Shown piece after piece: positions 1 to 9,783 of a stretch of DNA of 64,000 nucleotides. The position numbers and the translations under genes are program-made. Below the pieces are notes generated by a model, which saw nothing but the letters and a program-made list of their open reading frames with translations, did not search any database and was not told the origin of the DNA. Every line of letters starts with the position of its first letter. Position 1 is the stretch's first letter. Source of the DNA: a virus. The DNA lies in IMG/VR virus record IMGVR_UViG_3300023184_000029, positions 32,001 to 96,000 of that record; one strand, given 5' to 3'.

Positions 1-28
1 CCATTCTTTGTTTTCCATATGTATAATG

Positions 29-466
29 TTAATTTAAAATATCAAACATTCCTTTGTAGTAATGTGGCTGTTTTAAAAAATACACAGAATGAGAGACTAT
101 ATGATTAATATAATCGTGTTGAGTCTTGTCGTGTATAAAATATTTTTTCTTCCATACTTTAACATTATCATAGTTATTCCCCAAATACTGGAAGGAATTA
201 CCCTTGCCAGTATTGGAGAAGTAACTATTCACAGGAATCGACTTGCTTGGAAAACCAGAGGCAGGCGGGATGCCGAAACCACCAACATACCATACATTTG
301 GAGAACTTTCAACTATATCATTTAGAGCATCTTGTAACATTTTACCCCAAGAGTCCCATGCTTCTGGATCAAACTTAAAGTAATGTTTATACTTTTTCTC
401 TAAATTGTCCTGACTATCATCATAGTCGTGACTATCATCATAGTTGTCATCATGTTCTTCGTTCAT
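29..466 (-). CDS. hypothetical protein with acidic N-terminus
   Basis: ORF tiles directly after the primase stop; start moved to MNEEHDD. Confidence 0.7.
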   Translation of the reverse strand: MNEEHDDNYDDSHDYDDSQDNLEKKYKHYFKFDPEAWDSWGKMLQDALNDIVESSPNVWYVGGFGIPPASGFPSKSIPVNSYFSNTGKGNSFQYLGNNYDNVKVWKKKYFIHDKTQHDYINHIVSHSVYFLKQPHYYKGMFDILN

Positions 467-468
467 TT

Positions 469-1608
469 TTATCCTATACAAAACTTATCACTAAGTTCAT
501 TAGCTAGTTCTTTAGCAGCACCGGATAGGAATCTGTTGCCGCTAAAATATAGTGGGGTACTCACTTGATTTAGGAACTCCACCACCGTTTTTAAAAGTTT
601 GGTCTGCTGACCGTCGAGACTTATATCCTCGTCACCAGTATCATTTGGAAGCGTCTGGAGAGCATCTGTATCGTCCTCAGTCGCAGGAGATACTGGCATG
701 GGATCACCATAAGCTTTTTGAAAGACACTACCACTAGCATACCCATAAATCGGTTTGATATTTTCTGTGCTATTTGTATATGTCTCAGGACTCAAAGCTT
801 TCATCTGATTCAGAATGTTTGTTGCAACATTAAACGATACTGGAACTCCAGTAACGTCAGACCTCTTATAAGCCTTAGCATATTCTTTAAACCATTCGTC
901 GCTAGTCTTATTTGCAACAACATTAACAACAGCAGACACTCCATCAAGAGCCTCTTTAAGCTGTTCAATATTAACCCAATTACCAGTTGATCCCGATAAA
1001 ATACTGGTAAAATAAGGCTGCTTTCCTTCCCAACCCTTCCTCCACCAAGTATAAGGGATCCTATAAATCTGATTGATTTTAATAGCTCTGGCATCACCAC
1101 CAAAATGGTTTACAAGTTTCTTCTGGATACCATTCCAGTAAGTCTTGTGAGGATTCGTATTGTTTTGGTTTAGAATCCAATAGCATTGATAGCCATTACG
1201 AGTATCAACAACCCAGCTTGGCTTTACTGGAAAGTTATTGATCTGATCCAAGAATTCCTTTTTCTTCTGCATAACGATACTGGGCTTAAAATAACGACCT
1301 TGATCATCTCGACCAGCATCCATATCGACAAAACAAGCACGAATTCTACTAATAGCATACTGCTTACGTCCACCATTAACATAGAAGTAAGCATCAGCAC
1401 CTTGACTATCGTTGGCAATAGCAACAGTTGTAAGATGATCTGTATGATTCATACTACTGATCTTCTTACGAGGATCACCGTTGTAACAGAAAATCTGCTG
1501 ACCACCAAAAGAATCAAAAAACTTATTTCGCAAAGTAATTTGATCTCTTGTTCCAATTGCACTGTGATTCTTATCGAACGGATTAAAAGCCAAAGTATCG
1601 CTAAACAT
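469..1608 (-). CDS. RepB-like DNA primase (AEP superfamily) domain protein
   Basis: Motifs FVDMDAG, VDTRNGYQCYW, GGD..AIKINQIYRIP; AGAGG RBS before ATG at 1608. Confidence 0.7.
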   Translation of the reverse strand: MFSDTLAFNPFDKNHSAIGTRDQITLRNKFFDSFGGQQIFCYNGDPRKKISSMNHTDHLTTVAIANDSQGADAYFYVNGGRKQYAISRIRACFVDMDAGRDDQGRYFKPSIVMQKKKEFLDQINNFPVKPSWVVDTRNGYQCYWILNQNNTNPHKTYWNGIQKKLVNHFGGDARAIKINQIYRIPYTWWRKGWEGKQPYFTSILSGSTGNWVNIEQLKEALDGVSAVVNVVANKTSDEWFKEYAKAYKRSDVTGVPVSFNVATNILNQMKALSPETYTNSTENIKPIYGYASGSVFQKAYGDPMPVSPATEDDTDALQTLPNDTGDEDISLDGQQTKLLKTVVEFLNQVSTPLYFSGNRFLSGAAKELANELSDKFCIG

Positions 1609-1689
1609 TTGTTTTCCTCTTTTACTACTTCCCACCAAATATTTTGATATTGGGATAGCAAACACTACTATCAAAAGCAATATCTCTAA

Positions 1690-1773
1690 AAATGTGGGAG
1701 GGAATCGAACCCTCTCAATTAGCGTATGCCTTATAGCTAGAGGCTAATATCTTTAGTCACCAGACTCCACCTT
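1690..1773 (-). ncRNA. tRNA-like RNA with a 19-nt anticodon loop
   Basis: Acceptor AAGGTGG/CCACATT (6/7 bp), D hairpin TCT-GGTGACTAA-AGA, stem ATTAGC/GCTAAT, T arm GAGGG-TTCGATT-CCCTC. Confidence 0.55.
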
Positions 1774-1784
1774 TTGACTATCTC

Positions 1785-2657
1785 TTAGTACTGATTATTC
1801 CAATCATCCTCATCAAGATCATCTTCTTCATATTCTTCCTCTTCCTCATCCTCATCAAACTGATCCCAATACCCTTCTTCATTGGTATAATCTTCGTCCT
1901 CATCCTCATAGTCATCCTGACTAAAATCAGCAGAATACAGGGGCTTTAGAAGTTCACCCTCATATTCTCCAACAACTTCATATCGGCATGTGCGAAGCTT
2001 TTCGCAGTTGCAATCGCTTGGAACACTCACAACATCTTTCGGATTAATCTTAACAATCACAATCCTATCACCAGATTCTAGGCTGCCATAACCAGCAACG
2101 TAGTTCAATGCACCAGCATGAAGCCCATCAGAACAGCCCCTAGCACGATTATCATCAACCTTTGCTCTTTGCATAGTGCAAATCTGACCAACGCGATTAT
2201 CAAAAACCCCACGATACTTATCCTTATAATCACTCCTTACTGCCTTATAAGCCAGAAAGTGACCATCCTCAGTAATTGGCAGATGCTCATGTTCAAGGAA
2301 ATCATAAAGTTCCTTCTGACTCTGCATACTAGGATTTTCCATGATATTATTCAGAAAATTAACGAGCGGTTGGAACGGTAGTCCCTTGCTCATAAACTCT
2401 AGAATTCTTTTGCTAATTGATCCATGAACAGGCTCACCTTCATAAGTGACCTGACCATTCTTGATCTCCACAAGACCATCACTAAAAGTAGCAACAGCTT
2501 TTTGAACATCAACAACCTCCAACAGTTCCTCTGCCGTAGCAGAGGGAAGTTTTTCCAGAATCAACTTATAGTTGATATGATCCGGCAACACCTGATAACT
2601 CTGGTTATTTAGAACCAGTGTCAAATTACCATCCACAAACATAAACGGAACAGCCAT
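1785..2657 (-). CDS. rIIB: RIIB-like protein
   Basis: GLHAG..Y, IVKINPKDVVSVPSD..CEKLRTCRYEVV motifs; adjacent to rIIA; acidic tail. Confidence 0.9.
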   Translation of the reverse strand: MAVPFMFVDGNLTLVLNNQSYQVLPDHINYKLILEKLPSATAEELLEVVDVQKAVATFSDGLVEIKNGQVTYEGEPVHGSISKRILEFMSKGLPFQPLVNFLNNIMENPSMQSQKELYDFLEHEHLPITEDGHFLAYKAVRSDYKDKYRGVFDNRVGQICTMQRAKVDDNRARGCSDGLHAGALNYVAGYGSLESGDRIVIVKINPKDVVSVPSDCNCEKLRTCRYEVVGEYEGELLKPLYSADFSQDDYEDEDEDYTNEEGYWDQFDEDEEEEEYEEDDLDEDDWNNQY

Positions 2658-2702
2658 AATCCAACTCCTAAAAATTAAAGTTTCGATACCTGTGATACTG
2701 TC

Positions 2703-2730
2703 ATTTTACACTAATCGGCAAGCTTGTCAA
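2703..2730 (-). promoter_or_regulatory. sigma70-type promoter with GCCGAT spacer motif
   Basis: TTGACA-16-TAAAAT on minus strand upstream of rIIB. Confidence 0.7.
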
Positions 2731-2751
2731 GGGGTCTTGAACAATTTCTGA

Positions 2752-5439
2752 CTACTTGATCAAACTACTCAACTGAATCTTTAATAGGTCAATATTCTCC
2801 TGACTCATCTGCTGGATCCAATCCTTACCAGAATTTCCATAGTATGAGTGACGATCCTCAAGAATAGGATTCTGACTAGGCTTTAGGTCTGTCAAATTAC
2901 CAGATACTTGATGATTCCCCATAATAAGCTTTAGCATAGGATTCTTATCTATCTCAGTTTTGATCTGCTCCCTAATTTCAGAGATTTTCCATCTTTTAAG
3001 ATCCTCAGTAGAAGTCCCACGAATAATCTTGAGATAACCCTCTGCTTTTGTACTATTATCTCCAGAGTACAAAGAGTTGGAGATCATGCGAGTCAAGGTA
3101 TTGTAGGCCAAATTAGCATTACGAATCTCCTTACCGTCAACATCTTCAATGCCAATTTCTTTCATAAGCTTAGAGATATGAGATAGATATTCTGTTTGCT
3201 TAAACTTACTAATATTAAAAGGACTCATATGAACAGTATTAGCAAAGAACTCTGTTAGCATAGTCTTATTCAAACAATCTACAAGAGTCTTGTTGTTAAT
3301 AAACTTATCATAATCTAGACCAAAGATATTCAGAATATGAAACATAAACTGCTTATCTGTTGTTCCATGCCTATTATATGCGTATCCTCCAGAGGTCTTC
3401 TCCTCTGTTGCATAGTCCTTCTTACAATATTCAACAAGCTTGTTGATAGAAGAAAGATTCTTAAAATGTTTTTCTGCTACAACTTTAAGCTGTCTCTTCA
3501 AAAAGTCGTTGAAGTTAACAAGATTGTATCCGTCTTTCTCAAGCTTTTTAGCAAAAGCTGTTTTGATAGCATAAACCTTACTATCTCCAACCAAGTCCTT
3601 GACTATACTCTTGAGCGTTTCATCTCTAAGAGTAATACCAATATCATTAATCTGTGGATAGCCAGACGCAGGTTCAGTCTTATAGCGAAGCATAGGAACA
3701 TACACGATCTCATCTTGTTCCAGAAAATCTTCCAGTTGTTCTTCTGAAAGAATTCTCAGACAAGTAGCGTCGTTGTAAGGATTGGTAATCTGCTTGCTAT
3801 CCTTATCATAACCATGAATAAAGAATACGTCTTGATCGCTAACGCTACCATTAGAATTTCTATTGTAAGACTTTCTTGGTCCAGAACTTTGTGTCAGATG
3901 TTTGTAGTCTGAAACCTTGAGTAGATTTTCAGCCCCAACATCTTCAATCAGTTGATCAAAACCTTCTCCGCTTTTTGTATGATCCTTAGTATCAATCAAG
4001 AGGTATGCAAAGCAATCATTTGTATTACAATATTTTGTAATAATTTTCTTAGCAGTCTCTTCACCCTTAACGTCACACACAAAGAAACTCATCTGACCTT
4101 TCTTTTTCTGGTTATTCCAATAACTATAACCTTTACCAGTAAGAGTTTCGTGATGAATCTTATCAGTCAGAGCAACCATGCGACGAGAACGAAACCCAGC
4201 AGTCTTGTAATTAAAAACATACAGACTCTTGCCAGCCGGAATTTTATATTCCAGATCGTTACCAGAATTGATGGGATGATCTTTGCCCTTGGGATCGGTC
4301 CAAGATGCACCAACTCCCCATCCTCCAGCCAGTTCGTTCATGGTATAGTATGAAGTAATGGCTTCTACTTTAGTTTTAGAAGTTTGAATTTTCTTGGAGA
4401 ATTCTTCCTTCATCTCAATATAAATTTCTTGAGTCTTTTTACGAAGGGTCTTGATCACATCTTTAGTATACTGCAATCCTTCCCGGCTTACGTCCATCTC
4501 AAGTTGACCGATATTAAAATCCAACTCAAGATAAAGACCAGAGTTGATAATCTCACTAACAAAACTCTTCCAACTATCAATATCTGCTTTTTGGAAAGCT
4601 CTATTCCACTTCTGAATATGATCTGGCATCTCTTCCTTTTCTTGACCCACAATCTGTGCTGTCTGAACAGGATACGCAATATTGCCCATGATAGCTACAA
4701 CACCACTATCAATACGATGATAACTATTAGGATAGTATTGAGTATCATTATTCAGTCGGCAAACTCTCCACCCGTCACCACTAATAACGATGCTAGTATT
4801 ACTATACTTATGATCTTGTAAACCACTCCCGATACCACCCTCAATAATAGGTTTCATACGGAAATAATGGAAGATTCTCTTAGCCTTATCTGTAAATTCT
4901 TGGAAGTCATGCTGCTTAACAGCAAAACTAATCTCAAGACCATTAGGCTCAGATGTATTAGAAGTATTAAAAAGATTGAGGGTAGGAACACCGCTCTCAT
5001 CAATCGCCGCAATATAGGTATATTTCTTGCCATTATAATAAGATGCGGTCGTAAAACTCTTGGTATAAGCAAACGGACTCTTAGACCCTAGACCAAGACA
5101 ACCCACAAAATCATTGCTATCATTCTTGTTGGACGCTCCATAGGTTGTATACAAGTCCTCCATATCATGCTGACTAAGACCAGTACCGTAATCTCTAACC
5201 ATAAAAGTTGGATTAGCAGCGGTGGGCAGAGTTACCTTAAAAGGATTCTTATTACCAGCAGAAATGTGGCTATCATAAGCATTAGTTGAAAGCTCACGAA
5301 TTGCAGCCATAACCTTGTCAGAATAAAGAGAATCTGAAAGGATTTTAAACATTTTGCTTGTTTGAGCAATATTAAACTGATTCTTGCTCGTAACACCAAC
5401 GCTGTGAGTCTCAATCGTCCTATCTGCCAACTTCATCAT
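2752..5439 (-). CDS. rIIA: RIIA-like protein (GHKL/HATPase N-terminus)
   Basis: IRELSTNAYD, DYGTGLS, GCLGLGSKSPFAYT motifs; 895 aa; next to rIIB. Confidence 0.92.
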   Translation of the reverse strand: MMKLADRTIETHSVGVTSKNQFNIAQTSKMFKILSDSLYSDKVMAAIRELSTNAYDSHISAGNKNPFKVTLPTAANPTFMVRDYGTGLSQHDMEDLYTTYGASNKNDSNDFVGCLGLGSKSPFAYTKSFTTASYYNGKKYTYIAAIDESGVPTLNLFNTSNTSEPNGLEISFAVKQHDFQEFTDKAKRIFHYFRMKPIIEGGIGSGLQDHKYSNTSIVISGDGWRVCRLNNDTQYYPNSYHRIDSGVVAIMGNIAYPVQTAQIVGQEKEEMPDHIQKWNRAFQKADIDSWKSFVSEIINSGLYLELDFNIGQLEMDVSREGLQYTKDVIKTLRKKTQEIYIEMKEEFSKKIQTSKTKVEAITSYYTMNELAGGWGVGASWTDPKGKDHPINSGNDLEYKIPAGKSLYVFNYKTAGFRSRRMVALTDKIHHETLTGKGYSYWNNQKKKGQMSFFVCDVKGEETAKKIITKYCNTNDCFAYLLIDTKDHTKSGEGFDQLIEDVGAENLLKVSDYKHLTQSSGPRKSYNRNSNGSVSDQDVFFIHGYDKDSKQITNPYNDATCLRILSEEQLEDFLEQDEIVYVPMLRYKTEPASGYPQINDIGITLRDETLKSIVKDLVGDSKVYAIKTAFAKKLEKDGYNLVNFNDFLKRQLKVVAEKHFKNLSSINKLVEYCKKDYATEEKTSGGYAYNRHGTTDKQFMFHILNIFGLDYDKFINNKTLVDCLNKTMLTEFFANTVHMSPFNISKFKQTEYLSHISKLMKEIGIEDVDGKEIRNANLAYNTLTRMISNSLYSGDNSTKAEGYLKIIRGTSTEDLKRWKISEIREQIKTEIDKNPMLKLIMGNHQVSGNLTDLKPSQNPILEDRHSYYGNSGKDWIQQMSQENIDLLKIQLSSLIK

Positions 5440-5477
5440 TTTTCTCCAAAAGTGTTATCGTTCCCTGTGATAGCTAG

Positions 5478-5506
5478 AGTATACCATCGGCAAAACCTCT
5501 TGTCAA
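5478..5506 (-). promoter_or_regulatory. sigma70-type promoter with GCCGAT spacer motif
   Basis: TTGACA-17-TATACT upstream of rIIA. Confidence 0.75.
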
Positions 5507-5754
5507 GCATCAGTTTTCTTTTGTTGTCTGTCTGATATTATTTTAAAGCCTATGGCTATGTCTATCAGACCCAAAACTTTTAAAAAGACCACAGGCAAAG
5601 TAAACGTCATACCTCCAACAAGTATGCAGAGCAATCCCATGACCCACACAAAAAACCTTGGTATCCAATTAAATAAAGATAAGATGTAACTTAATGGCCC
5701 TATAATTATCACAGAAAAAAAGATTATTGTTACTATCAGAGCCAAACTAGCCAT
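5503..5754 (-). CDS. small membrane protein
   Basis: 83 aa, hydrophobic; stop/start coupled with neighbour. Confidence 0.65.
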   Translation of the reverse strand: MASLALIVTIIFFSVIIIGPLSYILSLFNWIPRFFVWVMGLLCILVGGMTFTLPVVFLKVLGLIDIAIGFKIISDRQQKKTDA

Positions 5755-6083
5755 TACTGAATCTCATCTTCTTCGTCTTCATCATCGGTATTTTTATCTT
5801 CCCAATTATTTACTTCTGGTATCCATCCCTCATTAGAAGAATATTCTTCATCAATATCTTCATCATCTATTATTTGTTCTGCATCTTCTATAAATATAGT
5901 TAATGTATTAAGTATTTCTAGTACAGAGTCTATTTTTGCAGATACTAGTTTTACTTCTTTCTTTAGTGATTGTATTTCTCTATGGGTAGTATCTATGTCT
6001 TTTGATAGTTTATTGTCTACTCTATGAATTTCTTTATTACTTTTCATTACTTCTTTTATTACATCATCTATATTTTTTGACAT
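5754..6083 (-). CDS. hypothetical coiled-coil protein with acidic tail
   Basis: ORF tiling. Confidence 0.7.
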   Translation of the reverse strand: MSKNIDDVIKEVMKSNKEIHRVDNKLSKDIDTTHREIQSLKKEVKLVSAKIDSVLEILNTLTIFIEDAEQIIDDEDIDEEYSSNEGWIPEVNNWEDKNTDDEDEEDEIQ

Positions 6084-6093
6084 TATATCATCC

Positions 6094-6408
6094 TTAAAAA
6101 TTTAAATTTTTGTACTCTTTTATATCTCCATTTTCAGCAATCTTCTTATCCTCATAACCCCCAGCCACCCTGCGATACAGTTCTTGCTTAATGTTCTCTA
6201 ATACACCAGTAGCCATAGCAATCTTGCTATAAGATACGTCCCCCATTACATTCATTATGATGCGAGAAAAACAATAGTTTATTCGCCCAAGATACCGGCT
6301 AAAATCACGAGGATTATTCAGATTAGTTTTGCTATTTAGTATAACATTAGACAAAACCTCTATTGCACTATTTAGTTCAAGTCTTTCGTCTTCATTAATA
6401 TATGGCAT
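6094..6408 (-). CDS. conserved phage protein (DUF6899-like)
   Basis: MPYI..NY.FSRI..GVLE..K.ELYRR.A..YEDKKI.ENGD pattern. Confidence 0.6.
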   Translation of the reverse strand: MPYINEDERLELNSAIEVLSNVILNSKTNLNNPRDFSRYLGRINYCFSRIIMNVMGDVSYSKIAMATGVLENIKQELYRRVAGGYEDKKIAENGDIKEYKNLNF

Positions 6409-6419
6409 ATTTTTTCCTA

Positions 6420-6944
6420 TTATAAGTCTATACAATTACATTCATATTTAAAACAATAACTACATTTTGGGCCGGGATCGGGATTTCCCCAAGCATTTGC
6501 ACGACCATCAAAACTTTCTTTCCCAGTATCAATGCAAACTACTTTAGACTTCCCTCGTCTTTTAATATATCCGATATTTGAATAATGACAATCCCAAAAT
6601 TTTAGTCTAGTTTTTAAAAAAATCTTATTAACTAGGTTCTGTATTCGTACGCTAGATACCACCCCATACGGTTGTTGTGCTAGTTCAGTAATATATCCCC
6701 ATTCGCTTTGTTCTGGAATATATCCTTCTATAGATTTAGCATACTGTAGCTTTATAGTTTTACTTATTACCTTGGGGGCCAAATCAAATATGGATAATTC
6801 ATACTGAATTTTTCTAGCATAGTCGGCTTTTTTCTTGGATGGAAATTCTTTAAAAGCTAAGTTATCATAATTTAATATCGGATATAATTGAGAGTATCCT
6901 CCCTCTTTAAACCAAGAGTCATTATCAATTAGATACTTAGCCAT
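6420..6944 (-). CDS. minimal protein-kinase-like fold protein
   Basis: DCHYSNIGY catalytic-loop-like motif and CIDTG; paralog at 49477-50001. Confidence 0.55.
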   Translation of the reverse strand: MAKYLIDNDSWFKEGGYSQLYPILNYDNLAFKEFPSKKKADYARKIQYELSIFDLAPKVISKTIKLQYAKSIEGYIPEQSEWGYITELAQQPYGVVSSVRIQNLVNKIFLKTRLKFWDCHYSNIGYIKRRGKSKVVCIDTGKESFDGRANAWGNPDPGPKCSYCFKYECNCIDL

Positions 6945-7290
6945 TATAATAATTTTCAGAAATTTTATTTCCAGAAAGATGTTCGACTAAACTTATTGCT
7001 TCTTGTAAAGAATCTGTACTAGTTATTCTTAATGAAGATTGTACAAAATCAATTTTAAACGAACCATAAATTGTATAGAATGGCTCACCAACAGCTTCAG
7101 TATCGTCCCAATAATCTTCTATGCTTTTAATACTCTCAACAACAGTACCACCCTCATAGTCACTAATCTCCCTTTCTGTCTCAATTTTATAAAGTCTAAG
7201 GTGAGATGAATTATTGCCAGTATTCAAACAATATCCTTGATAAAATCTATTTTTGGCTATCATACGATTTCCTATATAATGGAACAACAA
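6937..7290 (-). CDS. hypothetical protein
   Basis: ORF tiling. Confidence 0.6.
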   Translation of the reverse strand: MLFHYIGNRMIAKNRFYQGYCLNTGNNSSHLRLYKIETEREISDYEGGTVVESIKSIEDYWDDTEAVGEPFYTIYGSFKIDFVQSSLRITSTDSLQEAISLVEHLSGNKISENYYNG

Positions 7291-7530
7291 TATCTTGATT
7301 TATATAAGGATTATTCTGAATTCGCAAATCAAATAAATCATTATGCTTATTAGTTTTAGCCCAAGCAACTGGAGTCTCAAAAGACTTTCTATAACACTCT
7401 AGTTCTTTTTTGAGTTTTTTAAGTTCATCCTTAGCATTATTAACCCAAAAAATATCAGCACCACTTGACCAAGCAAAATCAATAAGAGTATCCAAAGGAT
7501 TAGAATTCTTTTCGTTATCAGAAGGCATCA

Positions 7531-7746
7531 TCATACAAAACCTATTCTTGTTTTATCACTAATTGTAACTTCTATTTCGTTTGGAGCAAAAGATTGAGTT
7601 GAGTATGAGCGACTATTCCACCATCCACACTCATATGTGATATTATTATCTCCATGAATATTAATACTAACAATTGTACCATAAACATCGTCTGCCAGTT
7701 TAACTTTGCTTCCGATCTTATATAGATCTAGAGAATTTTTTGTCAT
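7531..7746 (-). CDS. small beta-barrel (YodC/DUF2158-like) protein
   Basis: IGSKVKL..YECGWW pattern. Confidence 0.45.
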   Translation of the reverse strand: MTKNSLDLYKIGSKVKLADDVYGTIVSINIHGDNNITYECGWWNSRSYSTQSFAPNEIEVTISDKTRIGFV

Positions 7747-7789
7747 TTAAGAGTCTTTCTATGTTTAGCAGTAATTACTATTAACTAAA

Positions 7790-8058
7790 TAGGAGCGGTG
7801 GGATTCGAACCCACACTTGAAGGATTTTCTTACTACTATAGTTTTCACTACCCTTTCAGTTTGTAGTCTGGACTTTATCTTAACCATAACTTTCGTTTTA
7901 GGTTCCTGCCGTCAAGTCTCTACACCTTCATATTTCTATGCTTGGCTCGGTATTAGCAGTTAAGCCTTCACCGAATTTGACAGGTTCTACTTTAGAGATT
8001 TCTCTTTAAGCACTCAAATTGTATAAGTCCTTTGTCTCTGCCTTTGGACTACGCTCCC
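7790..8058 (-). tRNA. trnL-UAA: tRNA-Leu(UAA), intron-interrupted (exons 8058-8025 and 7828-7790)
   Basis: Spliced product GGGAGCG..AAGGA-CTTAAAA-TCCTT..GTGGG-TTCGAAT-CCCAC-CGCTCCT-A. Confidence 0.9.
7829..8024 (-). mobile_element. group I intron (IC3-like), 196 nt, no ORF
   Basis: 5' exon ends in U, intron ends in G; P AAATTCGGTGAA, Q AATACCGAGC, R GTAGAGACTTGACGG, S AAGATAAAGTCC. Confidence 0.9.
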
Positions 8059-8155
8059 ATGATACTCCCAACCATACAAACCAGTGATTTGAGGTTAATT
8101 ATGCTGTTTGCTGCCTCTTATTTAGTTTGTATGATCGGAGAGTAATGGTTTTAAA

Positions 8156-8437
8156 TCAACCGTTCGTATGAGCCTTGAGGCGACGAACAATGTCTGCCAT
8201 AGCCTCAACATTATCAACCGTCTTAACAGGCTTCTGACGCTCCATAGCGGGAAGTTCAACACCCTTCTTAGACAGAGCCGCCTTTGTACGAGCATATCGT
8301 GCCATCGTACTAGCAATCTTCTGACCAGTCTTTGATGCAATCTCAGCATAAGTCTTGCTAGAAAAAACTGCCTCAAGAAACTGCTCATCAGAACAACGAA
8401 CACGGGTCTGCTTCTCAACACTAGTAACTTCAGCCAT
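8156..8437 (-). CDS. hypothetical protein, possible helix-turn-helix
   Basis: GGAGG RBS before MAEV; promoter at about 8520-8547. Confidence 0.7.
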   Translation of the reverse strand: MAEVTSVEKQTRVRCSDEQFLEAVFSSKTYAEIASKTGQKIASTMARYARTKAALSKKGVELPAMERQKPVKTVDNVEAMADIVRRLKAHTNG

Positions 8438-8679
8438 AATAATCCTCCAAATTCTTAACCAATCTTTCAACTTGAGACTCAACCACATAGTTGATATTAT
8501 CTCACGTTGTCCTTTTGATTGTACAACACCTTATCGGCATTGTCAATGGGTATCCTTGATTTTTTTTCGGTTCTGTCAGAATTATTTGCAAATCTTTTTT
8601 AAAAGAACGGAGCAACCTAACTGCTCTCTCAATTTTTAAAAACTTGTCCTATAAAGGCAGATTAGAGTCCTATTGTCGA

Positions 8680-8865
8680 TTAGTCCTCAGTTGGTAGCAC
8701 CAGTGCCAATAATAGATAAATCCATAACAGAATACTACCGCTAAAAATAGTTCCTAAAACAAAGCCAATCCTAATCAAAGATACATCTATTCCGGTGGAT
8801 TCAGACAAGCCACCACAAACCCCTAAAAAGGTTCTGTTTTTATTGCTTTTATGAAACTTGCTCAT
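8680..8865 (-). CDS. pspC: PspC domain protein
   Basis: NRTFLGVCGGLSE.TGIDVSLIRI + hydrophobic helix ending YLLLALVLP. Confidence 0.85.
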   Translation of the reverse strand: MSKFHKSNKNRTFLGVCGGLSESTGIDVSLIRIGFVLGTIFSGSILLWIYLLLALVLPTED

Positions 8866-8879
8866 AAGTAAATCCTTTA

Positions 8880-9179
8880 TTAAGTATTATTTTCTTTTGG
8901 GGAGTGCAGAGTAATTTTAATTATTAAATATCCATCTCTATTACTCTCAATATTTTGTATTGATTTAATTTGTCCTTTACCCAAAAAAGAATCTCCAACC
9001 AATAAAAACGGACCACCATCTAGATTAGCTGAAGTTATAACAGAAGGATCATTTTGACAACCAAATCTAGCCCACTCACTTTCTCCTTCTACCAAATATT
9101 CTCTTTCGCCTATTTGTGTGATTATTCTGGTATTTTTACCCTTATTAGACTGAGTACACCGGCTCATTAAAAGCCTCAC
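8880..9179 (-). CDS. hypothetical protein
   Basis: ORF tiling; start uncertain. Confidence 0.55.
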   Translation of the reverse strand: MRLLMSRCTQSNKGKNTRIITQIGEREYLVEGESEWARFGCQNDPSVITSANLDGGPFLLVGDSFLGKGQIKSIQNIESNRDGYLIIKITLHSPKENNT

Positions 9180-9400
9180 TGTGAAGCATATAACCTTCGT
9201 TATTTTCTGACGTTAGGCCATTAAGAACGTCTTTTAGTCTATCATTTTCAGTTTCAAGCATACTTATGATATTTTTTGCTTGGTCTAGAGCAAGCTGTAG
9301 ATGTTTAACTTTATTAGCAAGTTCATCAGCAACATAACTGTTCATACTCTTGACTACCATAGTAACCTCCTGTGGTAAATGGCTAACAAAATATACACCA

Positions 9401-9685
9401 TTATAAATTTAGATTAAGTCTGTACAAAAAGTTTTTTAAATCCAAAAGTTGTTTATTATCTAAGAATATTTGATCAGCATAAGGCTTTTTATGAACTAAA
9501 ACCCGATAACAATATCTTAAACGCTGCCAAAATGACATTTTGCTTCTATATGATGTTAAATTTTCATAAATAGCAAAATCAGCAGCCTCAATTTCATGAT
9601 CATATTCAATAACTAAAATTTCACTTCTACAACCACAAGGAATAAAAATAGTCTTATTTTCTTTTAGATTTGTTACGCTTCCCAT
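9401..9685 (-). CDS. hypothetical protein
   Basis: ORF tiling. Confidence 0.6.
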   Translation of the reverse strand: MGSVTNLKENKTIFIPCGCRSEILVIEYDHEIEAADFAIYENLTSYRSKMSFWQRLRYCYRVLVHKKPYADQIFLDNKQLLDLKNFLYRLNLNL

Positions 9686-9783
9686 GTTTCTTCTTTCTAA
9701 AAATTCTTTCGTAATTTTTGTCCCAAGTATCTTGGGAGACTAAACTAACTCGTCTTTTAGAACCTTTGCCGTTTTGGCTCATG

